A stretch of 64,000 bases of DNA from Pseudobdellovibrionaceae bacterium (GTDB lineage: Bacteria; Bdellovibrionota; Bdellovibrionia; Bdellovibrionales; Bdellovibrionaceae), in assembly GCA_043720615.1 (NCBI GenBank), contig JAYSSI010000034.1, forward strand, positions 10,833 to 74,832, read 5' to 3'. Every line of letters begins with the position of its first letter. The first letter of the stretch is position 1. The notes beneath the pieces were generated by a model, which saw only the letters and a program-made list of their open reading frames with translations, had not been told where the DNA came from and searched no databases. Position numbers and translations under genes: made by a program. Positions 48,934 to 60,065 of this stretch are shown here, in pieces.

Positions 48934-49546
48934 TCTCTGCTGATTCCGCTAAGCGGTGCAGGTAGTGAACTTTGTCGTTGATATTATCAAATTCTAAAAT
49001 CATCTGCTGGAAGTCGTAATCTTTTACTAAATAAGAGGCAAAGGCTCCGACAATCTCTTCCGGACCCGTCAGATTTTTCATAAAAATATCACGCTGACCT
49101 GGGTCAGGAATATGGGTGTGAATCCAGCGAGCTAAAACATTATTTAAGCCATGTATTAAAGGGGCCACTTTCGGATCTAAGATTGTATTTTCCAAGACCT
49201 TTTCAGCTTCACAAACAATAAAAGTTGTTTCACTTTCTTTGACATTTCCCAATTTCACTTTTCCAAGACCATGAACAAAAACCAACAATGTGCCATTGGC
49301 CCGCTCTTCAACAATTTGAGCACTGCCGTAGCCAGCAATTTCCCTGACAAAATCGACTTTAGATCCTGGAGCAGTCTGACCCAATGCTGAGGGACTATCA
49401 TTAAAACCAATCGCAACAGGTGTTTGAGTGGCCACAGACTGACGAAACATTTGAATATAGCGCGGTTCAAAAATAGGAAGAGGTTTTGTTGTTTTGGGAA
49501 AAAGTGTTACGTTCACCATTGGAAATAAAAAAACATCCATACCCAA
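48923..49546 (-). CDS. LON substrate-binding (N-terminal) domain protein
   Basis: LFPMVNVTLFPKTTKPLPIFEPRYIQMF... is typical of stand-alone Lon N-domain proteins. Confidence 0.75.
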   Translation of the reverse strand: MGMDVFLFPMVNVTLFPKTTKPLPIFEPRYIQMFRQSVATQTPVAIGFNDSPSALGQTAPGSKVDFVREIAGYGSAQIVEERANGTLLVFVHGLGKVKLGNVKESETTFIVCEAEKVLENTILDPKVAPLIHGLNNVLARWIHTHIPDPGQRDIFMKNLTGPEEIVGAFASYLVKDYDFQQMILEFDNINDKVHYLHRLAESAEIMI

Positions 49547-49701
49547 ACTCCTTTAAGGATTATAGGTTGCTGATACAAAACGCACAAACAATCACTTTTT
49601 TGACGGAGTCAGTCATCCTTGTTTCTAGTTCTTTTACTTCCCTATTTTTGACTCGACTTTTGCTAAGTTCGATTTGATTCTAAGATGAAGAGGTTTGTCT
49701 G

Positions 49702-51315
49702 ATGATTGATACCGGTAATTCTTATTTTATTATTATGCTGGGAGGGGTGGCTCTTTTTCTTTACGGCATGACAACGGCCAGTCAAGCTCTTGAACGTCTG
49801 ATGGCCAATCGAATTTCAAATCTGATGAGTCGAATGGCGCAAAATCGTATTACATCCATCGGTGTCGGCGTTTTATTAACTGCCCTTTTACAAAGTTCGG
49901 GGGCCGTGACCTCCATGCTGGTCGGCCTTGGATCAGCTGGAATCGTCACTTTACAGCAAGTCATGGGTGTCATTATTGGCACAGCCATTGGATCCACACT
50001 CACCGTCCAATTGATCTCTTTGGATATTGGTCAGTATTCGCTACCGCTTTTTTCCATCGCTTTTTTTGTTTATTTTCAAACTAAAAAAAATCCCGTGAAG
50101 AATTTTTGCCTCGTTGTGATGGGCTTTGCCCTTCTTTATTTTGGTTTAAAAATGATTTCTGTCAGTTCGCTTCATTTCGTTGAGAACCCCTTGCTTAAAG
50201 AGTTCTTTCAATCTTTACGTGAAAATCCTTTTTATTCCTTTCTGGTTTCGACAATTTTTTGTGCCATGATCCATTCAAGCGCTGCCACCATTGGTCTCGC
50301 CATGAGTTTAGCCAGCGTTAATGCCATCACGATCTTTGATGCCATGATCTGGGTTTATGGCGCTAATGTTGGCACCACTTTCACGGCCATATTAGCCGCC
50401 ATGGGTAGCAATTATGTAGGTCGTCAAGTGGCATGGGCGCATTTCTTTTATAAAGTATTAAGTGTCGCTTTTTTCTACTTTCTAACAGCTCCATTTATTG
50501 AAATTTTGAAAAATTTTGATGCCTCTGCCGCCCGTATTATTGCAAACGGTCACTTGGTTTTTAACTTAGTCTCAGCCGTTCTATTTTATCCATTTATCGA
50601 AAAGGGCGCGGCTTTGATTGAAAAAATGATTCCACAAAGTGAGCAAGATAAATTCGGAGCCGAGTTTTTAGGAAAAAATAACTACCAAAGTTCGGCTTTA
50701 GCGATCTCTTATGCCAATCGTGAAATTATGAGATTAGCTGATATGGCTTTGGGCATGATCACGGATTCGATTCGACTGTTTGAAGTGGCCGATACGACTT
50801 TGTTAGATTCAATTAAAGAGCGCGATAATAAGGTCGACTTTCTTTACCGCGAAACAAAAATGTTTTTACTGGATCATGTTAATAAATCAGGTCAACAGGT
50901 CCAACAAAGCATTATGAACATGATTATGTTTTTAAGTGACCTAGAGCGAGCCGCAGATGTTATTGACATCAATATTGTAGCGCTTGCGATTAAAAAATAT
51001 GCCTTAAAACTAGAATTTTCACCAGAAGACTGGGAAGAAGTTAAAATCATGCACGGACATGTTGTTAAAGTGGCTGCCATGGCTGTGAATGCCTATCAAA
51101 CAAAAGAGCTGAGTGACGAGGCGATCAAACTTAAAAGAGAACTGACAAAACTTGAAATCACTTTTCGCGAAAACCATATCAGTCGGCTGAATCGTGGCGT
51201 CAGAGATTCAATCAACATAAGCTCTATTCATTTGGATTTACTGAGTGAGTACCGACGTATCGTCAGTCTTCTTTGCAATCATGCCTACAATGATGACAAA
51301 AGAAAAATGGAGTGA
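49702..51315 (+). CDS. Na+/Pi cotransporter family protein with C-terminal PhoU-like repeats
   Basis: GGVALFLYGM...LLQSSGAVTSM... and its duplicated half (MIHSSAATIGL). The C-terminal helical region carries PhoU-like repeats. Confidence 0.85.
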   Translation: MIDTGNSYFIIMLGGVALFLYGMTTASQALERLMANRISNLMSRMAQNRITSIGVGVLLTALLQSSGAVTSMLVGLGSAGIVTLQQVMGVIIGTAIGSTLTVQLISLDIGQYSLPLFSIAFFVYFQTKKNPVKNFCLVVMGFALLYFGLKMISVSSLHFVENPLLKEFFQSLRENPFYSFLVSTIFCAMIHSSAATIGLAMSLASVNAITIFDAMIWVYGANVGTTFTAILAAMGSNYVGRQVAWAHFFYKVLSVAFFYFLTAPFIEILKNFDASAARIIANGHLVFNLVSAVLFYPFIEKGAALIEKMIPQSEQDKFGAEFLGKNNYQSSALAISYANREIMRLADMALGMITDSIRLFEVADTTLLDSIKERDNKVDFLYRETKMFLLDHVNKSGQQVQQSIMNMIMFLSDLERAADVIDINIVALAIKKYALKLEFSPEDWEEVKIMHGHVVKVAAMAVNAYQTKELSDEAIKLKRELTKLEITFRENHISRLNRGVRDSINISSIHLDLLSEYRRIVSLLCNHAYNDDKRKME

Positions 51316-51331
51316 AGTTTCTAGACCCTAC

Positions 51332-51898
51332 TTAAAGCGGTCTGACTTTTTTAGTCGCTATTTGAATGCTGCTAAATTCTTGAACCCATAAATTCATCAA
51401 ATCTTTTGCGACTATTTTTGCATCAAGATTGAGCTCTTCAAGGCTGGTGGTTTTAACCGGAGTTCCAAGGGTTGAAATATTCATCGCAAAGTGAATTTGG
51501 GTTGAGACCGCAGACATACTGGCAATACTAATACTTAATTTTTTGTCGTTCCAAAATATATCATCCCCATCTCGGTGTAAATTTTCTTCAGCTAAAGACT
51601 TTTTAGCTTTTGTTTGGAGGTAATCCCTAGCGATGCTGGCAAAAAGTCTTTGGGATGTAACTCCTGCAAAAAGTGAGGTGTGAAAAATTTCAATGATAAA
51701 GTGCAACATTAAACTGCCTTTGATGGCAGATTGCTCGACCAAATCTTCACCATCAATCATATTTTCAAATGAAATATCACAAGATCCAATCCAAGAAATA
51801 ATTGAATCGCCTAAGATCTTATAATTTAAATAAGCAAATAAAGGCTGTAATTGAGATCCATCGTAAGGCATTTCTTGAGGAATAAAATAAGTTTTCAT
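51332..51898 (-). CDS. DUF366-like protein (tentative, from memory of the family consensus)
   Basis: 188 aa reading ...YDGSQLQPLFAYLNYKILGDSIISWIGSCDI...GEDL...SLMLHFIIEIFH...SQRLFASIARDYL. Last gene of the long minus-strand block. Confidence 0.4.
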   Translation of the reverse strand: MKTYFIPQEMPYDGSQLQPLFAYLNYKILGDSIISWIGSCDISFENMIDGEDLVEQSAIKGSLMLHFIIEIFHTSLFAGVTSQRLFASIARDYLQTKAKKSLAEENLHRDGDDIFWNDKKLSISIASMSAVSTQIHFAMNISTLGTPVKTTSLEELNLDAKIVAKDLMNLWVQEFSSIQIATKKVRPL

Positions 51899-51917
51899 CG
51901 AGCCTCTTGTTTCTTCA

Positions 51918-52604
51918 TTATTTAAAAAATAACTGGGTTTTTAGTCCTGCATTCTCTAATGCATTTTTAGTTCTTAAACATGATTCGCATTGTCCGCACC
52001 AATTTATGCCTGCTAAGTAACAGGGCCAAATTTTTTCAAGTGGCACTTTTAACTGCAAAGCTCTTTGCACAATATCAGTTTTGCTTAAAGATGAAGTATA
52101 ACATTTTACTTTCAACTGATTAGCAGTCGAGTAACTAAATGAATGATCTAAAGCTTTCATATAGTCTTCGGTGTTATCTGCAAAGGTCATAGCTTCTTCT
52201 GCATTAAAACCTGGAATCACGAATTGCGCATTTAAAGCTTCTGCAAAGCCGGCTGCAATGTTTAGAAATATACCATTGCGATTTGGCACCCAAACTGACT
52301 TGGCCGTGGCTTTGCTCGTTTTTAAATTATGAATATCAACTTGTGATCCTGAGGGAATATCTTTATCAGCCACCAATAAAGAAGATCGATTAAAGTCTGA
52401 AAAAAAAGGCAGTGATACTACCTTATGAGGGATACTGAGAGCTTGAGCTAAATATTTTGCACTTGTGATTTCTTTTTCAGCGGCTTTTTGACCGTAATTG
52501 AAAGTCAAAGCCATCACCACTTGTAGATTTTGGTGAGCTTCATAAATATTAACACTAGAATCCAGTCCTGCTGAAAGCAGGACGACAGCTTTATTTCTTG
52601 GCAT
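51918..52604 (-). CDS. queC: QueC-like PP-loop ATPase (7-cyano-7-deazaguanine synthase family, divergent)
   Basis: From Met at 52604: MPRNKAVVLLSAGLDSS..., VPNRNGIFLNIAAGFAE, and a C-terminal Zn-Cys cluster (CYLAGINWCGQCESC). It lacks the usual YGQRH and YPDCR motifs, having YGQKAAE and FADNTED instead. Confidence 0.7.
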   Translation of the reverse strand: MPRNKAVVLLSAGLDSSVNIYEAHQNLQVVMALTFNYGQKAAEKEITSAKYLAQALSIPHKVVSLPFFSDFNRSSLLVADKDIPSGSQVDIHNLKTSKATAKSVWVPNRNGIFLNIAAGFAEALNAQFVIPGFNAEEAMTFADNTEDYMKALDHSFSYSTANQLKVKCYTSSLSKTDIVQRALQLKVPLEKIWPCYLAGINWCGQCESCLRTKNALENAGLKTQLFFK

Positions 52605-52875
52605 TTTTAGATTTATTTTTTCTGCGATTGCGGATGGCTTTAAGCCCACGACTGACCTCTTGAGCCCTAAGAAGAATTTTTCCACCTAAAAAGCTAAGAT
52701 CACCTAATTTTCCTTCACGGCTATTTTCTAAAACCGCGACTAAATTATTTATCTTACCCTGTAAGTTCGGACTGATTTTAACTAAGACATCGTCGATCAT
52801 TTTTTGTGATCGAGCCCAGGCTTTTGAGGATTTCTTTTTAGCGGTTTTTTTAGCCGTTTTCTTTTTTATTGCCAT
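52591..52875 (-). CDS. Small basic protein with Lys-rich termini, hypothetical
   Basis: 94 aa reading MAIKKKTAKKTAKKKSSK...IRNRRKNKSKNAKK. Its ATG overlaps the recJ stop, and its stop overlaps the queC-like start by 14 nt, which suggests translational coupling. Confidence 0.5.
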   Translation of the reverse strand: MAIKKKTAKKTAKKKSSKAWARSQKMIDDVLVKISPNLQGKINNLVAVLENSREGKLGDLSFLGGKILLRAQEVSRGLKAIRNRRKNKSKNAKK

Positions 52876-54611
52876 AAAGCCACCCTTAGATCTTTGATTA
52901 ATAGCTGGATTGTTTGCTGTCCATTATAATAATTCCACTGTAATTCCCCTAAAATATCGTAGGTCATCGAGCGCTCGGTGAGAAGCTCACGGTGATTTTG
53001 CGACGGAGAAAACAAAAGTCCTTCTTGCACTTCTGAGCCATCATGACTAAGGCAAGTGAGCCTTAGATGGCCGCCCTTTAATTGTTTTATGTTTTGAAGG
53101 CGAACCCCTTTAAAACAAAATACCGGCGCTTCAAATTGCACTCCAAAAGGACCTAAAAACTCGAGCCACTTCATTAACTGCGGAGAAAAATCAGAAAACT
53201 TTAAATCAGTATCGTATAAAAGCTCACGAAGTGCCTTTTTTAAAAAAGCTTCTGTCGATAATTGCTCGACAAAGTGCTGATTCATGGAAGTTTTAATTTC
53301 TTCAAGCTTTGCAATATCAAATTCAAAACCAGCGGCTTGTGAGTGACCACCAAATCTTTTTAAGCTTTCTTTAGCGCTAGTTAAAATTTCGACAAGACAG
53401 TGTTCAAACCCAGGAGGCCGACGAGCACTTCCCACAACTTGGCCTGTAGAAATATCTAAGGAACCCACAAAGCTTGGTTTCTGACTGTCTTGACTGAGTT
53501 TTGTAGCCATCAATCCCACCAGACCTCGGTGAAATTTTGAAGACACGATAAACATAAATTTTTCATTTTTTGAATTGGCAATAAAATTTTTAATTTCAAT
53601 TTCGGCATCGCTTTGAAGTTGAACCCGCAATTGATTGTTTTCTAATACTCGGTGCACTAGTGACTGGGCTAATTTTCCGTCATCACATAATAAAATATCA
53701 ATGGGTAAAATTTCTGCACCCATGCGACTTAAGGCATTGAGTTTTGGTGCAAAGCGAATAGCCACATCTTGGCTGGTTAAAGTTCTATCATCCAAACCCA
53801 CAGCAATTTTAAGAGCTTTTAATCCAGGCTTTTCAGTTTGCGAAAGTTTTAAGAGGCCATGCTTAACGAGAACTCGATTGTCTTCAATTAATGGAACCAT
53901 ATCCGTAAGAGTTGCAATGGTAAAATATTCTAAGACATCTTTAAGATCAAAAGTTTCAGCGGCTTTCACGCCGGCGACAATTAATTCGCGCTTCAGAGCT
54001 CGTAATAAATAAAAGGCAACCCCTGCGCCACAGAGATAATCTAGCCCTGATGAGTCTTCATTTTGATTGGGATTAACTACAGCCCAACAGCTGGGTAAGA
54101 TTTCAGCGGGTAAATGATGATCTGTGATAATGACATCAACTCCAAGCTCGTGGGCTTTTGTTGCTGCCGTGGTCGCTGTGATACCAACATCCACTGTGAT
54201 AATTAATTTAACGCCTTCACTAGCCAAGGCATCAACGGCTTCAGGATGAAAGCCATAACCTTCTGCCAAACGAGACGGCTGGTAGGGAACTAAATTTTTA
54301 AACCCTAAACTTTTTAGTCCTGTCATCATAAGAGCTAATCCCGAAGCTCCATCCAGATCAAAATCGGCATAAATCGCAATTTTTTCTTGGGAATGAAAAG
54401 CTGAAATTATTCTTTTGACGGACAGATCCATATTTTTAAGCAAAAAAGGATCTTTTAACGTCTGAAGCTTTGGGAATAAAAAACTTTCAATATGAGAGGA
54501 CTCAATGAGATTTCTTCCAGCAAGAATTCTCTGAATGGCCGCCGGAATAGGTCCGTGGAAATCCACCTGAGGCAGCTCGCCTTCATTTCTGGATTTCCAG
54601 ATGATCTTCAT
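52866..54611 (-). CDS. recJ: Single-stranded-DNA-specific exonuclease RecJ
   Basis: 581 aa with DFDLDGASG, ITVDVGI, IITDHH, the GGH motif region (FGGHSQAAG) and a C-terminal OB-like part. Confidence 0.95.
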   Translation of the reverse strand: MKIIWKSRNEGELPQVDFHGPIPAAIQRILAGRNLIESSHIESFLFPKLQTLKDPFLLKNMDLSVKRIISAFHSQEKIAIYADFDLDGASGLALMMTGLKSLGFKNLVPYQPSRLAEGYGFHPEAVDALASEGVKLIITVDVGITATTAATKAHELGVDVIITDHHLPAEILPSCWAVVNPNQNEDSSGLDYLCGAGVAFYLLRALKRELIVAGVKAAETFDLKDVLEYFTIATLTDMVPLIEDNRVLVKHGLLKLSQTEKPGLKALKIAVGLDDRTLTSQDVAIRFAPKLNALSRMGAEILPIDILLCDDGKLAQSLVHRVLENNQLRVQLQSDAEIEIKNFIANSKNEKFMFIVSSKFHRGLVGLMATKLSQDSQKPSFVGSLDISTGQVVGSARRPPGFEHCLVEILTSAKESLKRFGGHSQAAGFEFDIAKLEEIKTSMNQHFVEQLSTEAFLKKALRELLYDTDLKFSDFSPQLMKWLEFLGPFGVQFEAPVFCFKGVRLQNIKQLKGGHLRLTCLSHDGSEVQEGLLFSPSQNHRELLTERSMTYDILGELQWNYYNGQQTIQLLIKDLRVALWQ

Positions 54612-54641
54612 ATCAAGCTCCTCTGTCCTTGGCCGGCTTTA

Positions 54642-55571
54642 TTAACTGGCTTTTGAGGGCATTAATTTTTCTGTTAACATAATCAATGGCGCCGCCACGT
54701 AAATTGACGAATACGTTCCAAAGAAAATACCGACACACATCGCAAAAGCGATATCAGAGACAGTCCCACCAGCTATTAAATACAAACACATCGCTGAAGT
54801 GAACGTCGTACCCGATGTGATTAAAGTTCGTGTGAACATATCATTAATCGATTTATTGATAATAAATTTAATGCCACGATCTCTGTAGATATGCTCAGTT
54901 TCACGAATTCGGTCAAAAACCACGATGGTGTCATTGAGCGAATAACCGATCAAAGTTAATATGGCAGCTAAAATTGGAATATTAACTTCCTTACCAACCG
55001 CCACAAAAAGGGCCAAAGTAATGATCGCATCATGAGCTAAACAAAGAACTGCACCAGGCGCATACTTATAATCAAAGCGCATGGCTACGTAGATTAAAAT
55101 AACCAAGAGACAATAGAATACGGCAAGGATTCCATTTCTTTTTAATTCAGCACCGACCTGAGGTCCCACCGTATCAACTCGGCGAATTTCAGGCTGATAG
55201 GTCGCAAGCTGCGTAGAGATAGAATCTTTTAGTTGGGCGAGCGAAGTATTTAAAATATCATTGGTTTCTTTGTCTGTTACTCCAGCTTTTCCTTGGAAGC
55301 GAATGACAAATTCATTCTGATCTCCAATGCTTTGTACGCCCACTTCACCCAGATTGACAGATTCAATAGTTTTTCGCACTTCCGACGGATCTATTTTTTG
55401 ACCAAACTTAACTTGCAGTTCGGTTCCACCGCGGAAATCAATTCCGTAACTCACTCCGTGCACCGCCAAATAAATGATTGATGCAAAAACGAAAAGTAAG
55501 GAAATACCGCCAAAGATTCCGATCTTTCCAACAAAATCAAATTTTCCAGAGTCCAATTCTTTTTTCTGCAT
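54642..55571 (-). CDS. secF: Protein translocase subunit SecF
   Basis: GIDFRGGTELQV... and 6 TM helices. Adjacent to secD. Confidence 0.95.
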   Translation of the reverse strand: MQKKELDSGKFDFVGKIGIFGGISLLFVFASIIYLAVHGVSYGIDFRGGTELQVKFGQKIDPSEVRKTIESVNLGEVGVQSIGDQNEFVIRFQGKAGVTDKETNDILNTSLAQLKDSISTQLATYQPEIRRVDTVGPQVGAELKRNGILAVFYCLLVILIYVAMRFDYKYAPGAVLCLAHDAIITLALFVAVGKEVNIPILAAILTLIGYSLNDTIVVFDRIRETEHIYRDRGIKFIINKSINDMFTRTLITSGTTFTSAMCLYLIAGGTVSDIAFAMCVGIFFGTYSSIYVAAPLIMLTEKLMPSKAS

Positions 55572-55580
55572 GGTCTTTTC

Positions 55581-57269
55581 CTAAACTGATAATTTTTGAA
55601 CTCGAAACCGAGTGATTAAAGTATCGACGATAACTTTTGAAACAAACACGTTAGCAAACATTGTGGTCAGAATTCCAATCAGCAATGTTACCGCAAAACC
55701 ACGAACAGGTCCCGTTCCAAAATAAAGAAGAACTAACGCCGTCGCCGCCACTGTTAAATTGGCATCGATAATGGCGCTCAGCGCATGCTTGTAGCCATCG
55801 TTGATCGCAAGCCTAAAGCTGCCACCTTTGGCGAGCTCTTCCCGAATTCTTTCATTAATGAGCACGTTGGCATCCACCGCAAAACCCACTGTTAAAGCAA
55901 TTCCGGCAATTCCGGGTAAAGTCAAAGTTGCACCTAAAGAAGTTAAGAGTGCAAATAAGCACAAAATATTAATTGCTAATGAAACCGTCGTAACGATTCC
56001 CATTTGACGGTAATAAATCAACATAAACATCACGATCAAAAAAGCCCCTAAATAAGACGCCATTTTAGCTTTATTGATGGAATCAGCTCCTAAGCTTGGG
56101 CCCACTCGACGTTCTTCTAATTGCTCTAAGCTTGCTGGCAAAGCGCCCGCGCGCAAAGCCGTCGAAATCATTTTTGCTTCATCCATTTTTCGAGCTGAAT
56201 CGCCTCGACCTAAAGTGATGGAAGCTGAACCACCAGCGATTCGTCCTTTAATATTTGGTGCAGATTTAATAACTCGATCTAATACGATGGCCATTCTTTC
56301 GTTGATATTATTTCCAGTCAGATCAGCAAACTTGGTGCCGCCGGCGGCATTAAATCGCAATAAAACTTCTGGTCCACCATACTGGTCAAAACCCACACTG
56401 GCGCTATCCAAATCTCCGCCGCCTAAAGGCGTGTCTGCTTTTAACAGATAAGGCATAGCTCCCAATTCCATGGTTTTTGCATTTTCAGCTTTTTCAAAAA
56501 AGATCACTGTGTTAGCAGGAATTTTATCTTTTAAATCTTTATTAAGTTTTGTGACGTACTCAGAGTACTTCACTTTAGCTAACGTATAATCTCCGGCTTT
56601 TTCAGCTTCGGAAATCATTTGGCGAAGTTTTTCTTGATCGACTTCATTTGAAACTATCATAAAATCAAGTTTTGCGGTTGTATTAATCAGCTGCTTGGCT
56701 CGTTCGGCATCGGCCATTCCAGGAAGTTGAACTAAAATTCGATCTGTCCCCTGCTTGCTAATTGAAGGTTCAGAAACACCAAACTCATCGATACGATTTC
56801 GAATGGTTTCAATCGCTTGCTGAATCACTTTTTCTTTATAATCTGTCAGGTAAGCATCGTAATAACGAACATTAATAAATGTGTCCGAAGCTGTGCCTTC
56901 TTGCAAAACACTGGCGTAGCGATCCGATAAAAACTTTTGAACTTTGATTTTATCAGCGGTATTTGCCACCGTAATAAGAAGTTCGCCCACAGTGCCGTTG
57001 ATGATTTTTATATCTGAAGCAGGAATGCTTTCTTTACTGAATTCATCTTTTAATGACGTGACTAATCTTGTGGTGCTCTCGGTGATCACACCTTGAACAT
57101 CAGCGCCTAAAACAAGATGCAAACCACCTTGGATATCCAAACCATAATTTAATTTTTGCTTAAAAGGCCATGCACTGATTTTATCAACATTGACAAAATT
57201 TGGTAAGGCCCAAAAAACCGCAAGCAAGACTCCTGCTGCGGCTACAATCGTTCTCCAATTTTTTTCCAT
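55581..57269 (-). CDS. secD: Protein translocase subunit SecD
   Basis: LNYGLDIQGGLHLVL..., a large periplasmic domain, and a C-terminal TM bundle (GIAGIALTVGFAVDANVLINERIREE). Confidence 0.95.
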   Translation of the reverse strand: MEKNWRTIVAAAGVLLAVFWALPNFVNVDKISAWPFKQKLNYGLDIQGGLHLVLGADVQGVITESTTRLVTSLKDEFSKESIPASDIKIINGTVGELLITVANTADKIKVQKFLSDRYASVLQEGTASDTFINVRYYDAYLTDYKEKVIQQAIETIRNRIDEFGVSEPSISKQGTDRILVQLPGMADAERAKQLINTTAKLDFMIVSNEVDQEKLRQMISEAEKAGDYTLAKVKYSEYVTKLNKDLKDKIPANTVIFFEKAENAKTMELGAMPYLLKADTPLGGGDLDSASVGFDQYGGPEVLLRFNAAGGTKFADLTGNNINERMAIVLDRVIKSAPNIKGRIAGGSASITLGRGDSARKMDEAKMISTALRAGALPASLEQLEERRVGPSLGADSINKAKMASYLGAFLIVMFMLIYYRQMGIVTTVSLAINILCLFALLTSLGATLTLPGIAGIALTVGFAVDANVLINERIREELAKGGSFRLAINDGYKHALSAIIDANLTVAATALVLLYFGTGPVRGFAVTLLIGILTTMFANVFVSKVIVDTLITRFRVQKLSV

Positions 57270-57598
57270 TAAGCTTTTCCTTCAGTGGCCGTTTTACTAG
57301 AGGTTGCAATTGAATTTCTTAAAAGCTTAACGCGAACACCTTCAGAAATTTCTAAAGTGACAAAAGTATCCGTCAAACCTTCGATGCGACCCAAAATTCC
57401 ACTGCTGGTCAGAACTTCATCGCCTCGTTTTAATTCTTTTAAAAACAATCCATGATCTTTTTGACGCTTGGATTGGGGACGAATCACAAGGAAGTACATG
57501 ACTGCAAAAATAAAAATAAATGGCACCAAAGACATCAAAACATTAGGTTCTTGGGCCGGCGTAGCAGCAGACTGAGCATAGGCAATAGACCAAAACAT
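57269..57598 (-). CDS. yajC: Preprotein translocase subunit YajC
   Basis: ...FIFIFAVMYFLVIRPQSKRQKDHGLFLKELKRGDEVLTSSGILGRIE... Confidence 0.9.
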   Translation of the reverse strand: MFWSIAYAQSAATPAQEPNVLMSLVPFIFIFAVMYFLVIRPQSKRQKDHGLFLKELKRGDEVLTSSGILGRIEGLTDTFVTLEISEGVRVKLLRNSIATSSKTATEGKA

Positions 57599-57700
57599 AG
57601 GAAAACCTCCAAATTGGTTTTAAGTAGAAAATTCAACATCTTTCCAGGGATTAATCAAGGATCAGGACAAGTCTTGGGAGCTTTTCAGGGGCAGTGCATC

Positions 57701-58825
<1,125 letters not shown>

Positions 58826-59836
58826 TTAAGGTTTCATCCATACCGAAAGATCGCCATAGCTAAATAACCGAAACTTACGCTCGATCGCCCATTGGTAGCA
58901 AGATTTTACTTTTTCTAAATCACTAAAAGCTGCCACTAAAGCTAGCAAGGTGCTTTGCGGTTGGTGAAAATTTGTTAACAATCGATCAACGATTTTCCAA
59001 TCATAGGGAGGTGCAATCATAATATCGGTGGGTCCAAAAAAAACTACAGAAGTTTTTTCTAACTTAGACATGGCCGCACTTTCTAAAGCCCTCGCCGTGG
59101 TTGTTCCCAAGGCCCAAATGGCATGGCCTTTTGCTTTCGCCGTTTGAATATTTTCCCAAGCGGAAAGACTGATCTCAACTTCTTCCGAATGCATTTTATG
59201 TTCACTTAAAATTTCTGTCGTGACTGGTAAAAATGTTCCTAGGCCCACATGCAAAGTGATAAATTCAATTTTGATGTTTTTATTTTTTAGTTCTTCTAAA
59301 TTTTTTTGAGTGAAATGAAGACTTGCCGTAGGTGCGGCTAAACTGCCGGCTTTTTCAGCCCAGGCACTTTGATACCACTGCGAATCTTCGCTTCGAGAAT
59401 GTCTTTCATGACGAGCTTTTTGAATATAGGGTGGCAGTGGAATTTCTGCGACTTTTTCGAAGTACTCTTCCGTCAAAGGATTTTCACTCTCAACCCACTG
59501 GGGACGACCTTTAGAGATCAGCTTTATTTTTTCACCCAATGGAAGTTTAATGGAATCGCCAATGTTGATTCGACTGGCGGGAAATAAAACTTGCCAGTTT
59601 TTTAAATCTTTTGAGCTTAAAAATAAAATTTCAAGATCATCGACAAAGACTCTTCTTTTTAAAACTTTGGTGTTATTTAAAACAAGAAGATCGCCGGGCT
59701 TAAATTTTTCGAGCAATTGAGTGATAGAAATTTCTGAAGGTTGCGAGTCCACCAACATCACTCGGCTGGGGCGCTGAGGAAATTGTGCCACGAGCTCTTC
59801 AGGGTAAGAAAAATCAAGGTCTTTAAGTTTTAACAT
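58826..59836 (-). CDS. queA: S-adenosylmethionine:tRNA ribosyltransferase-isomerase QueA
   Basis: From Met at 59836: MLKLKDLDFSYPEELVAQFP...LPPYI...APTASLHFT...ITLHVGLGTF...GTTTARALES...LLTNFHQPQSTLL. Confidence 0.95.
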   Translation of the reverse strand: MLKLKDLDFSYPEELVAQFPQRPSRVMLVDSQPSEISITQLLEKFKPGDLLVLNNTKVLKRRVFVDDLEILFLSSKDLKNWQVLFPASRINIGDSIKLPLGEKIKLISKGRPQWVESENPLTEEYFEKVAEIPLPPYIQKARHERHSRSEDSQWYQSAWAEKAGSLAAPTASLHFTQKNLEELKNKNIKIEFITLHVGLGTFLPVTTEILSEHKMHSEEVEISLSAWENIQTAKAKGHAIWALGTTTARALESAAMSKLEKTSVVFFGPTDIMIAPPYDWKIVDRLLTNFHQPQSTLLALVAAFSDLEKVKSCYQWAIERKFRLFSYGDLSVWMKP

Positions 59837-59870
59837 GAGCTTGCAAGTTATGCCTGATTTACAGCTTTGA

Positions 59871-59903
59871 AGAAAGAAAAAAAGCGGGGCCTCTCGGCCC
59901 CGC
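59871..59903 (-). terminator. Strong intrinsic terminator on the minus strand, 35-67 nt upstream of the queA start
   Basis: The minus-strand RNA reads GCGGGGCC-GAGA-GGCCCCGC (8-bp GC stem, plus-strand 59884..59903) followed by UUUUUUUCUUUCUU (plus-strand A-run 59871..59883). Confidence 0.65.
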
Positions 59904-59963
59904 GGAACCGCCTGGGGAACCACCTAACCCAAACAGCTCACAACAAAATACGCAAAAGGGGAA

Positions 59964-60065
59964 TCACTCATCAACTCGCTGATATTTTAGGGTGTTCCAA
60001 ATAACACCGGCCACTGTCAGCGAGTAAAGTCCTATAAAAATAAAAACTTCTTTAAGTTCTAGCAT
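59964..60065 (-). CDS. Possible small membrane peptide (33 aa, or 36 aa from 60074)
   Basis: My translation is M(ARM)LELKEVFIFIGLYSLTVAGVIWNTLKYQRVDE*, with AAGGA 8 nt upstream of the ATG at 60065. Too short for the ORF track and there is no homology evidence. Confidence 0.2.
   Translation of the reverse strand: MLELKEVFIFIGLYSLTVAGVIWNTLKYQRVDE

Noticed and set aside
53635-56451. Plus-strand ORFs inside recJ and secD (53635..54012, 55801..56007, 56074..56451), and similar antisense ORFs elsewhere in the track.
   Set aside because: They are antisense to strongly supported conserved genes, and their Ala/Pro/Ser-rich translations are typical of antisense frames.
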